From positions 1 to 10,856 of the forward strand of contig JBAXKC010000059.1 in NCBI GenBank assembly GCA_037137535.1: a stretch of DNA of 10,856 nt, given 5' to 3'. The notes beneath the pieces were generated by a model, which was given only the letters and a program-made list of their open reading frames with translations, searched no databases and had not been told where the DNA came from. How positions within the stretch are numbered: the stretch's first letter is position 1; the number at the start of each line of letters is the position of its first letter. Both the position numbers and the translations under genes were made by a program. The stretch comes from a bacterium. GTDB taxonomy: Bacteria; Cyanobacteriota; Vampirovibrionia; Gastranaerophilales; JBAXKC01. This document shows positions 1-7,908 of this stretch, one piece after another.

Positions 1-94
1 CTCCGTTTCTACTATACATTTTCTCGGAGGTTTACACAAAATTATTTATGGATTCGTTAGAAGAAATATCTTTTTTAAAAATAAAAGAAGTTAA

Positions 95-556
95 TTATTT
101 GTTATCAGCATTTAATGTTGTTAATATCTCATCAGTTAGATCTGTTCCACCTAGAACAATAGACGCTCTATTAAATACAACATCAATTTTATGAGCTTTA
201 GCAACGGCTGTAATTGTTTGATTAATGTTATCTTCAACCTGTTTTAGTTGTTTGGTTTGCTCCTCTTTAAGATTGGCAGCTCTTGAATTTAATTCAGCAG
301 TCAGTTTGTCTTCAAGTTTTTTATTTTCCATTGGGTTTGCAGTACCTTTTAATTGTTTTTGAGCATCTGCAACAAATTTTTGTAAATCAGCTTCTTTTAC
401 TTTTAAATCAGCTGATACATTTTGAGCTTTCGCATAATTTGCTAATATTTTATTAAGATCTACAACACCTAATGTTTCAGAGTATGAAGCCATTGTTGTG
501 AATAAGCAGATAAACGTAACAGACATAGCAATAAATAAACTTTTTAAATTATTCAT
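95..556 (-). CDS. skp: OmpH/Skp family periplasmic outer-membrane-protein chaperone
   Basis: 153 aa. Sec-type signal peptide (MNNLKSLFIAMSVTFICLFTTMASYS), N-terminal strand GVVDLNKIL, long Q/K/E coiled coil, C-terminal 'VAKAHKIDVVFNRASIVLGGTDLTDEIL' typical of OmpH. RBS AAGGAG upstream of the ATG. Confidence 0.92.
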   Translation of the reverse strand: MNNLKSLFIAMSVTFICLFTTMASYSETLGVVDLNKILANYAKAQNVSADLKVKEADLQKFVADAQKQLKGTANPMENKKLEDKLTAELNSRAANLKEEQTKQLKQVEDNINQTITAVAKAHKIDVVFNRASIVLGGTDLTDEILTTLNADNK

Positions 557-725
557 ATAAACTCCTTGTTATTTTAAACATCAAACTTAATATATCTACA
601 TAAAAGTATATCATCTAGTTTGCTATTTAACTAAGAATATTGAAAAAACCAAACTATAGTTTAATCTTTAGGTCGAGTTAAGTGTGATTTGCAATAATAT
701 TATTTTAGCGAGGCTTTTACTCTAA

Positions 726-759
726 ATAAAAAACGCCCTCAACTAAGTGATGGCGTTTT
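726..759 (-). terminator. Rho-independent terminator immediately downstream of tRNA-Ser
   Basis: Minus strand AAAACGCCaTCA-cttagt-TGAgGGCGTTTT, extending into a T-tract, directly after the tRNA CCA end. Confidence 0.8.
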
Positions 760-760
760 A

Positions 761-848
761 TGGCGGAGAAGGAGAGATTCGAACTCTCGGTACCTTGCGA
801 TACACAGTCTTTCCAGGACTGCACCTTAAACCACTCGGACACTTCTCC
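761..848 (-). tRNA. tRNA-Ser (anticodon GGA), CCA encoded
   Basis: Reverse complement GGAGAAGTGTCCGAGTGGTTTAAGGTGCAGTCCTGGAAAGACTGTGTATCGCAAGGTACCGAGAGTTCGAATCTCTCCTTCTCCGCCA. Acceptor stem GGAGAAG/CTTCTCC, discriminator G, anticodon arm CAGTC-CTGGAAA-GACTG, long variable arm GTATC-GCAA-GGTAC, T arm GAGAG-TTCGAAT-CTCTC. Confidence 0.98.
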
Positions 849-877
849 AAAAATATTTAATTTATTGTACTTTAATA

Positions 878-905
878 ATCTTATTAGTTAAAGCAATTAT
901 GTCAA
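878..905 (-). promoter_or_regulatory. Putative sigma70 promoter for tRNA-Ser
   Basis: Minus strand: perfect -35 TTGACA (905-900), 16-nt spacer, -10 TAAGAT (883-878), about 30 nt upstream of the tRNA 5' end. Confidence 0.65.
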
Positions 906-912
906 GAAAAAA

Positions 913-1293
913 TTATTTTCTTTTATTTGATACGGGGATATAAACAGTATAATCTGATATTGAAATATCTCTTACTTTCCAACGTGGAATAGTCATGTTG
1001 CCTGTAAGTGTCTTTATTTCAACGATTTCTTCATCAGCCAAAATTACTTCACCGGAAATTTGTTTTTTCTTGAATATTCCTATTGTTAGAATATCTCTTG
1101 AGGAGTTTTGAACGGTGCTTCTCCATATTTTTCTTTCGCCTTCTCGGGTCTTTATATCAATAAGACCTTTTACAATAAAGTCTATTTTTCCTATTGTTGT
1201 TATGTTTTTAGAATTAACCGTATCGCAAAAGGCTTGTGATGCTAAAGACAAAAGGAATATTCCTGTTAAAGATGTTAAAATGAATTTTTTCAA
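913..1293 (-). CDS. Hypothetical exported small beta-rich protein
   Basis: Start moved from 1317 to TTG at 1293 because GGAGA lies 7 nt upstream, just after the hisS stop. This gives a classical signal peptide MKKFILTSLTGIFLLSLASQAFC. No family firmly recognised. Confidence 0.75.
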   Translation of the reverse strand: MKKFILTSLTGIFLLSLASQAFCDTVNSKNITTIGKIDFIVKGLIDIKTREGERKIWRSTVQNSSRDILTIGIFKKKQISGEVILADEEIVEIKTLTGNMTIPRWKVRDISISDYTVYIPVSNKRK

Positions 1294-1306
1294 GATAAAT
1301 TCTCCG

Positions 1307-2545
1307 TTATTTTGCAATTATTTTTAAGGCTTCATCTTTAGGAAATGTTTGTTGCTCGCTTGTTTGAAGATTTTTAAGGCTGTATGTTCCTGCTTTTATT
1401 TCATCTTCACCTAATATTAGAGCATATTTTGCATTAGATTTAGAAGCTTTTTCTAATTGTTTCCCAAATTTCTTGCCTGCTGGGTCAAAATCTGCGATGT
1501 ATCCAGCTTTTCTTAATTCATCAACCGTCTTTAAGGCTTCTTTTGTATCAGAAGAAACAACAAATACATCAAGCCCTCTTTCAATTTGTACGTTCATTAA
1601 TGCAAGAAGTCTTTCCATTCCCATAGCCCAACCCACAGCAGGGGTAGGTTGTCCATTAAGCATTTCTACGAGATTGTCATATCGTCCACCACCACAAACA
1701 GCGTTTTGTGAGCCCAGAGCGTTGCTGGTTATCTCAAAAACAGTTCTGTTGTAATAATCAAGTCCACGAACCAATCTTTTATTAACTGTGAAATCTATAT
1801 TTAATACTTTGAGGTAAACTTTAAGACTTTCAAAGTGTTCGCTGCATGCAGGGCAGATATAATCTTCATTTATTACATTGTTAATTTCTTCATTTGCAAG
1901 GAGTTCTTTGCATTTAGGATTTTTGCAATCTAACATTCTTAATGGGTTTTTTTCATATCTTACATGGCAATCTTCACAAAATTCTTCTAATCTTGGTTTT
2001 ACGGAGGACTTAATCTTTTCACGATGAGACATTCTGCATTCTGGGCATCCGATATTGTTTACTTCTAGTGCTAATCCGCCAATACCAAGCTCTTTTAAGA
2101 ACCATATAGCAGTTTGGATTACTTCTGCATCAATTGAGGCTTCTTTAACTCCGAAAACTTCTACTCCAACTTGATGAAATTGTCTTTGTCTTCCAGCTTG
2201 CGGTCTTTCATATCTAAACATAGGACCTTTATACCAGAGTTTTAACGGATTAGGCAATTTATGCATATTATGTTCAATAAACGCTCTAACAACTCCTGCT
2301 GTGTTTTCAGGTCTTAATGTCAGACTTCTGTCTTTTTGAATAAATGTGTACATTTCTTTATTTACAATATCTGTCGAATCTCCAACCCCTCGGCAAAAAA
2401 GCTCTGTTGCTTCAAAAATTGGAGTTCGGATTTCCTGATAGTTTGATTTATCAAAAATATATTTAGCTTTTTCTTCCATGTATTGCCATAGGTCTGAAAC
2501 AGCAGGAAGTATATCTTTAGTACCTTTTGGGGCTGTTAGTTTCAC
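1307..2545 (-). CDS. hisS: Histidine--tRNA ligase
   Basis: PKGTKDILP, EIRTPIFEATELF, LRPENTAGVVRA, MFRYERPQAGRQRQFHQ (motif 2), LVRGLDYY, GGGRYD, GWAMGMERL (motif 3), C-terminal anticodon-binding domain. GTG start with AGGAG RBS. Confidence 0.99.
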   Translation of the reverse strand: MKLTAPKGTKDILPAVSDLWQYMEEKAKYIFDKSNYQEIRTPIFEATELFCRGVGDSTDIVNKEMYTFIQKDRSLTLRPENTAGVVRAFIEHNMHKLPNPLKLWYKGPMFRYERPQAGRQRQFHQVGVEVFGVKEASIDAEVIQTAIWFLKELGIGGLALEVNNIGCPECRMSHREKIKSSVKPRLEEFCEDCHVRYEKNPLRMLDCKNPKCKELLANEEINNVINEDYICPACSEHFESLKVYLKVLNIDFTVNKRLVRGLDYYNRTVFEITSNALGSQNAVCGGGRYDNLVEMLNGQPTPAVGWAMGMERLLALMNVQIERGLDVFVVSSDTKEALKTVDELRKAGYIADFDPAGKKFGKQLEKASKSNAKYALILGEDEIKAGTYSLKNLQTSEQQTFPKDEALKIIAK

Positions 2546-2789
2546 GTATTCATCTCCTAGTATTTATAGACATTATTTATTAACTTATTGAATTATTATA
2601 ATACTATCATCTTTCATTTTGTAGATAGTTTTATTTAAAGCCTTTTCAGTATCTCATGAATTTTTGCCTCTTATAAGTGCTATGGATGTATACTTTTAAT
2701 CAATAAAAAACATAATGTTACATTAATTGCTATCAAGAATTTCTTTGTTATAACTTTATGCATTTGAGGAACGAGTAGAGGAGTTTTAT

Positions 2790-3656
2790 ATGTTGTCTAG
2801 AGTTGGTTTTAATCCATTTTCTCAATTAAAAACAGAAAATAAAAATAATTCTGTAAAACAGTTTTCGCCAATGAGCTTAAAAACTTTATCAAGAGATACT
2901 GTTAGTTTTAAATCGGATGAAAGTATTGAACAAAAAAAAGCTGAAGCTCCCGAATCAATTCAAAGACTACATAACTATATAGGTAAACTTAAATCTAAAA
3001 TACAAGGAAATATTTTAGTTATTTCAGGTCCGTCAGGTGCAGGTAAAGATACCGTCATTGATCTTATGCGTAAGAAAAATCCAAAAATTAATTCTGTTGT
3101 TTCTCTTGCAACCAGAGATCCTAGACCTGGTGAAATCGATGGAGTTAATTATAAATTTTTAAAAGGTAAAAATAAATATAAAAACTTTGAAAAATTAATA
3201 CATGAAAATAAATTATTCCAGTACATGCATTCAATAGATAATGGTCAGTATTATGGCGTAACTAAAAAAGATCTTGAGCAAAAACGCAAAGGTCATGATG
3301 TTATAATGAACGTAACTGCTGATGAAGCTATGAGAATCAAAAGAGAAAACAAAGATAAAGCCGTTACAATGTTCGTTGATGCCTCTAGCCCCGAGGAACT
3401 TGAAGCAAGGCTAAGAGCCAGAGGAACTGAAAACCCTGAAGAAATAGAAAAAAGGATTAAAAGCGGTATAAAACAGCGTGAATTTGCTCCTGATTTTGAT
3501 AAAATAATTATAAATGCTAAAGGTGCTCAAAATGAAGCCGCTGAAAACATGTCAGACTACATTGATGAACGCAAAGACCCTATATTAAAATCATTAGAAG
3601 ATGTAGAACAATTATTAGAAGAAAAATATGATTTCAGTAATGAGAAAAAGCAATAA
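2790..3656 (+). CDS. Guanylate kinase-like protein with ~70-aa N-terminal extension (divergent Gmk, probably a paralog)
   Basis: P-loop VISGPSGAGKDT, NMP-binding segment SLATRDPRPGEIDGVNYKF, YYG, LID ELEARLRARGTE..EIEKRI. Strong RBS GAGGAG before ATG 2790 supports the extension being translated. Confidence 0.88.
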   Translation: MLSRVGFNPFSQLKTENKNNSVKQFSPMSLKTLSRDTVSFKSDESIEQKKAEAPESIQRLHNYIGKLKSKIQGNILVISGPSGAGKDTVIDLMRKKNPKINSVVSLATRDPRPGEIDGVNYKFLKGKNKYKNFEKLIHENKLFQYMHSIDNGQYYGVTKKDLEQKRKGHDVIMNVTADEAMRIKRENKDKAVTMFVDASSPEELEARLRARGTENPEEIEKRIKSGIKQREFAPDFDKIIINAKGAQNEAAENMSDYIDERKDPILKSLEDVEQLLEEKYDFSNEKKQ

Positions 3657-3670
3657 ATTATAATTATATA

Positions 3671-3703
3671 AAAAAGAAGCTCTGAGAAATCAAGCTTCTT
3701 TTT
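3671..3703. terminator. Bidirectional intrinsic terminator between convergent gmk-like and M16 genes
   Basis: AAAAAGAAGCT-ctgagaaatca-AGCTTCTTTTT, a perfect 11-bp inverted repeat with A/T tracts on both sides. Confidence 0.8.
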
Positions 3704-3712
3704 ATGTGAAAA

Positions 3713-3753
3713 ATAACCTGCTTGTGAGAATAATTCTATCTCTAGCAGGTTAT
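3713..3753 (-). terminator. Second hairpin just downstream of the M16 peptidase stop
   Basis: ATAACCTGCT (3713-3722) pairs with AGCAGGTTAT (3744-3753). On the minus strand it is followed by a T-run. Confidence 0.6.
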
Positions 3754-3766
3754 CAGAATGAATGTA

Positions 3767-6721
3767 CTAATAATTAGTCAGGTCACCAAGCGTTTTTAAG
3801 TAATTTTGCTCATTATTAAGAGTATTTTTACTGGCAACTACAGAAACAACCGAAGGCTGGTTTAAATATAGTCTTGCGGCATTTTGAATGTCTTTAGCTG
3901 TTATATTATCAATTGATTTTAATAACTCTGATAAATATTGTGTGCCGTAAGGAGTATTGAAGCCGCCTTGAATTAAGTCTGTTTTTCCTGCGGAAGATTC
4001 ACATCCAAAGATAATTTTAGATTTTAATGCAAGTTTAGCCGACTTTAGTTCTTCATCTGTCGCAAGTTCGTTTTGCATTTTTTGAATATGATGCTTAAAT
4101 CCATTTAATGATTTTTCAAGATTATCATATTGAGGCTTTCCGTTATTAGCTTTAGGGTCGTCTGTTGTCGTTTTTATTTCTAAAGCTATTTCCCCGATTT
4201 TGCCGTCGGTTATATATTTTGACTTAACCATATAAGCTAGAAGTTGTTTTTCTCTTAAATCCATAAATAATCTGGATTGACTTGTTTCGCCTAAAATGGT
4301 GTTCATTAAGTGTAATGCAGCTCTATCTTTAATATTTCCTGATTCTTTAATTCTGAATAATTGAACGACATGAGCCTGTTGTCTGTCATCAGCTACAGTT
4401 ACAACTTTTGAAGAGTTAAAGTCGGGAACTTTTATATTATTGTCATAATGATAAGGTTTTGAAACTGGGAATCCGTTTTGAAGTCCGTTAAACAGCTTGT
4501 CTTTAAGCTCAGGAGTTTTACTGAACGGAGCTGTTGCAACAATTCTTGTTTGAGCGTTATTTGTAATGTCGTTATAGAACTTTTTGACATCATCAAGTGT
4601 AATACTGTCAATGTTTTCAAGTATTTTTCTTGAGCTGTTACCGAATGGATGATTTCCATACATCGCTTCAACCGCTCTTGTCATAGGATCTTTTTGCTGA
4701 CTTGTAAACTTCAGTTTTAAGCCTGCTTTTATGTCATCAAATATTTTCTGGTCTAAATTTGGACTAAAAAGAATTTCTTTCATTGCCTCAAGTCCCAGAG
4801 CAATATTTTCATTAGGGCAATCAAGCCCAAATATAATTGAATTTGAGCCTGCACTGCCTGCTACTTTGATATTATTCATATCTAGTAAATCAGAAATTAA
4901 TTCTTTTTTATAATGACTTGAACCATTATTAAAAATTTCTGTCAAAATATCAGGAACACCCGGTTTATAGTTAGGAATAGACTCTGATTGAATTAAATAA
5001 TTTATACTTGTTCTTGTGCTTGATGGTGAGTCATTAACAGCAATATGAGCATTAGTATTTAATCTGAATTCTGAAATGTTTTCTGATTTTACTATGTTTT
5101 TTGTTCCTGCAAAAGAAACTTGTTTTGCGGCATTAGTTGCTTTGGGTTGCTGAATAGAGACATTATTTATTGGTTGTTGCTGAGTTGTTGAATCTTTTGC
5201 TTCTTGCTCAACTTTGGCTCTATCTGTTTCAGGATGTAAAAGAACTAATGAAACTTTATTTAAGTTCAAATAAGTCTTAGCTGCATCTTGAATATCAGCA
5301 GCTGTTAATTTATCAATCATTTGAGCTTTTTCCGTATAAGATTTCAAGTCTCCTCTATTCACCATAGCATCACCGATATGATCAGAAATTGCCATAGCAA
5401 ACTCACCTGATACATTCAAGTTATCTTTCAATTTGTTTTTAATGATTTGTAGCTCTATATTGTCGACAGGAATGTTTTTAATTCCTTCTAAAACTTCATA
5501 TACAGATTTTATTCCTTCTTTTTCTTCACCCGATCTGAACAATGTATCAAGCTGGAACACTTGAGGATCATTAAAATTAGGGCTTATGGTTGATATGGAA
5601 GAAGCTGCCTCCGTACTGTATGCTTTAAGCATTAGAGTTAATCTTGCATTGTCATATCCTGTTAAGGCAGTTGCAAGTGCTTCAGCTTTAAGACTTTCTT
5701 TTACGTCATTATTTTTAGGGCCGATAAAACCAAGTCCTACTGTTGTGGAATTAACTAAAGGACTGAATAGATCAGTTCTTATCGGTTTATCTATTTTGGT
5801 ATCAAGAGCTTCGTAATGCTTAGTAAACTTATTCAGATAGTCATCCATTGATTTAATGGATTTTGAGGATTTATCTCCAAAGCATTTAGCCGCCGTTTTT
5901 ATGGCTGTGTTCGGGTCAACATCGCCTACTATAACAGTTGTCATGTTGTCTGGAGTGTACCATTTATTATAATAATCAAGAACATCTTTTCTTGTTAAAT
6001 TACTGACGCTGTTTACTGTTCCTGCAATTAAGTCAGGGCTTTCTGATTTAATATTAAATAATTTTTTTAGCATTGTATTTTGAGCTGTGTTATATGGAGA
6101 ATCTTGATACATTTGAACTTCAGAACAAACAGGCCCTTTTTCTTTTGTAAGCATTTGCTCTGTAAATAATGGGTTTTGAAGCATATCTGCATGCATTGAA
6201 ATTATACTATTAAAATCATTGTCGCCATGAAGCGGAGATTCAATGTAATAATCAGTCATACAGAAATTAGTGCTGGCATTATAGGATGAGCCCATTTCAC
6301 TGACTTTTTTAACAAATTCACCAGGAGCAAGGTCTTTTGAACCATTAAATAAGTTATGCTCAATATAATGGCTTATTCCTCTGATTTTATCAGGTTCATT
6401 AAAAGAGCCGACTTTGACATAAGTTTTAACGGCAGTAGGACCTTCTTTAGGAATAACTACAACTTTCTGACCGTTATTAAGCATATATAACTTACCTTTT
6501 GCATTAAGGTAAGGAACTTCAAATGTTTCTATTTCTTTAAAAGCAGGAGGCGCTGAGATTGATTGGGCTTTAATTGCTTGTATAACAGAAGGAGCGCTAG
6601 CACTTATTGTGTTAGTCTGTTTCTCTTGAACAGACGGTTGTATAAGCTTTGGCTTCTCTTCTTTCGGCTGTAATGTTTTTGGTTTTACAGCCATATTAAA
6701 ATTTAAAGAACTTATATTCAT
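3767..6721 (-). CDS. M16B (pitrilysin/insulinase, MPP-like) zinc metallopeptidase, two modules fused
   Basis: Inverted zincin motif HYIEH (6370-6356) in VKVGSFNEPDKIRGISHYIEHNLFNGS, YNAST, distal Glu in EKGPVCSEVQMYQD, WYTPDNMTTVIVGD. Second module lacks HxxEH but has SRLFMDLREKQLLAY. ATG 6721 (MNISSLNF) preferred over TTG 6748, but the start is uncertain. Confidence 0.93.
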   Translation of the reverse strand: MNISSLNFNMAVKPKTLQPKEEKPKLIQPSVQEKQTNTISASAPSVIQAIKAQSISAPPAFKEIETFEVPYLNAKGKLYMLNNGQKVVVIPKEGPTAVKTYVKVGSFNEPDKIRGISHYIEHNLFNGSKDLAPGEFVKKVSEMGSSYNASTNFCMTDYYIESPLHGDNDFNSIISMHADMLQNPLFTEQMLTKEKGPVCSEVQMYQDSPYNTAQNTMLKKLFNIKSESPDLIAGTVNSVSNLTRKDVLDYYNKWYTPDNMTTVIVGDVDPNTAIKTAAKCFGDKSSKSIKSMDDYLNKFTKHYEALDTKIDKPIRTDLFSPLVNSTTVGLGFIGPKNNDVKESLKAEALATALTGYDNARLTLMLKAYSTEAASSISTISPNFNDPQVFQLDTLFRSGEEKEGIKSVYEVLEGIKNIPVDNIELQIIKNKLKDNLNVSGEFAMAISDHIGDAMVNRGDLKSYTEKAQMIDKLTAADIQDAAKTYLNLNKVSLVLLHPETDRAKVEQEAKDSTTQQQPINNVSIQQPKATNAAKQVSFAGTKNIVKSENISEFRLNTNAHIAVNDSPSSTRTSINYLIQSESIPNYKPGVPDILTEIFNNGSSHYKKELISDLLDMNNIKVAGSAGSNSIIFGLDCPNENIALGLEAMKEILFSPNLDQKIFDDIKAGLKLKFTSQQKDPMTRAVEAMYGNHPFGNSSRKILENIDSITLDDVKKFYNDITNNAQTRIVATAPFSKTPELKDKLFNGLQNGFPVSKPYHYDNNIKVPDFNSSKVVTVADDRQQAHVVQLFRIKESGNIKDRAALHLMNTILGETSQSRLFMDLREKQLLAYMVKSKYITDGKIGEIALEIKTTTDDPKANNGKPQYDNLEKSLNGFKHHIQKMQNELATDEELKSAKLALKSKIIFGCESSAGKTDLIQGGFNTPYGTQYLSELLKSIDNITAKDIQNAARLYLNQPSVVSVVASKNTLNNEQNYLKTLGDLTNY

Positions 6722-6942
6722 AAATAAAACCCAAAAAACTTCCCTCAATACATGATAATAAAGGTTTTTAACTTTTAAAAAGTTTGTTTTTTTTAAGAAA
6801 TTCCTGAAAATAGTTACAAAAGTTAATGCAAATAATTTTAACAGTAGAGCCTATTTTAGGAAATTAATTATTATGTTTTTTCTTTATTACTTTGAAAGTT
6901 AATATAAGAATAAATATCATAATTAAATTAGTATGTGTGCTA

Positions 6943-6971
6943 TTGACACTAATTTGATGAAGCAGTACAAA
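6943..6971 (+). promoter_or_regulatory. Possible sigma70 promoter for the lipid kinase-epimerase pair
   Basis: Perfect TTGACA (6943-6948), 17-nt spacer, imperfect -10 TACAAA (6966-6971). The AT-rich context weakens the call. Confidence 0.35.
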
Positions 6972-7002
6972 TATAGTAATAAATAAAAAACGGCAGTTGA
7001 TC

Positions 7003-7878
7003 ATGAATGAGTTTAAAAAAAATAATAGATATTTACTTGTCTTTAATTCTGAAGCGGGAAAAGGTTCTTCTCTTAATAAAAAAGAATTAATAGTAAAGTA
7101 TTTTATTCAAAAAAAATGTCGTTTTAAAATAATTAATACTGACAGGCTTTCGCAAGTTGAAAATTTTGATAAATATAAAGCCGTTGTAGTTATTGGTGGT
7201 GATGGCACAGTTTTAAAAGCAATTCCTTATGTAATAAATACAAATATAAAACTCGGAATTATACCCTGTGGAACTGCAAATCTATTTGCAGCAAGTCTTT
7301 CAATACCATTTAATATAAAAAAAGCTATTGACATTATAATTAACGATTCAACCTCAAAAGTAGATATAGGAAAAGTTGGGACTGATTATTTTGCATTAAG
7401 AGTAGGTATGGGCTATGATGCAGATGTTGTAAACGGTGCAACACGACTGTTAAAGCAAAAAATCGGGTATCTTGCCTATTTTATTCAAGGTATGATTTAT
7501 AGTTTTAAGCTTTCAACCAAATCTTATACTGTAACTATTGATAATAAAACTTTTGAAATAGATGCTAATGCAATAATAATATCTAATACAGGCAATATGT
7601 TTAGAAATTTATGCACAATTGCCCCATTAGGCTCTATTACTGACGGAAAACTCGATATTTTTATATTGAGAGCAAAAAATATATGGGAATTTTTAACTGT
7701 TTTTGCTCGAATAATCTTCAATAAACATAAACAAAGTGCTAAATCCTTTTATAGTCAGGCAAAAAACATTAAAATTCATTCAATCGACAAAAACATGCAC
7801 ATAGACGGCGAAAGAGTAGCCGAAGAGGATATAGACATCAGCATAATTCCTAAAGCTTTAACCGTTGTGATACCTTGA
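7003..7878 (+). CDS. Diacylglycerol kinase family lipid kinase (YegS/DgkB/BmrU-like)
   Basis: FNSEAGKG (NPxAG-like), IGGDGTV, LGIIPCGTANLFA, VDIG, GMGYDADVV, DGKLDI, HIDGE. ATG 7003 or TTG 6997. Confidence 0.93.
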   Translation: MNEFKKNNRYLLVFNSEAGKGSSLNKKELIVKYFIQKKCRFKIINTDRLSQVENFDKYKAVVVIGGDGTVLKAIPYVINTNIKLGIIPCGTANLFAASLSIPFNIKKAIDIIINDSTSKVDIGKVGTDYFALRVGMGYDADVVNGATRLLKQKIGYLAYFIQGMIYSFKLSTKSYTVTIDNKTFEIDANAIIISNTGNMFRNLCTIAPLGSITDGKLDIFILRAKNIWEFLTVFARIIFNKHKQSAKSFYSQAKNIKIHSIDKNMHIDGERVAEEDIDISIIPKALTVVIP

Positions 7879-7908
7879 CCTATATGTTGTATAGGGAGGA
7901 ATCACATC

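Noticed and set aside
1-30. CTCCG...CGGAG inverted repeat overlapping a possible minus-strand RBS at the window edge
   Set aside because: Only 5 bp are visible and the context is truncated, so it cannot be evaluated.
557-848. tRNA-Ser as a possible integration site
   Set aside because: No integrase and no duplicated tRNA 3' end seen in the window. The downstream gene is a core envelope gene.
1294-1317. Longer start for the hypothetical gene overlapping hisS
   Set aside because: RBS position and signal-peptide structure favour the TTG at 1293.
1115-1754. Plus-strand ORFs 1115-1327 and 1473-1754
   Set aside because: Antisense shadows of the hypothetical gene and hisS, with no motifs or RBS.
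1835-2050. Multiple CxxC-like motifs in HisS (CPEC, CEDC, CKNPKC, CPAC)
   Set aside because: Cys-rich insertion domains are common in bacterial HisRS and are not novel.
3100-3110. MAGUK-like conversion of the guanylate kinase to a protein-binding domain
   Set aside because: The hinge Ser (VVS105LAT) is not Pro, and the P-loop and LID arginines are intact.
4432-5816. ORFs 4432-4671(-), 4731-4913(+), 5586-5816(+)
   Set aside because: Wholly inside the M16 peptidase gene (alternate frame or antisense), with no recognisable protein features.
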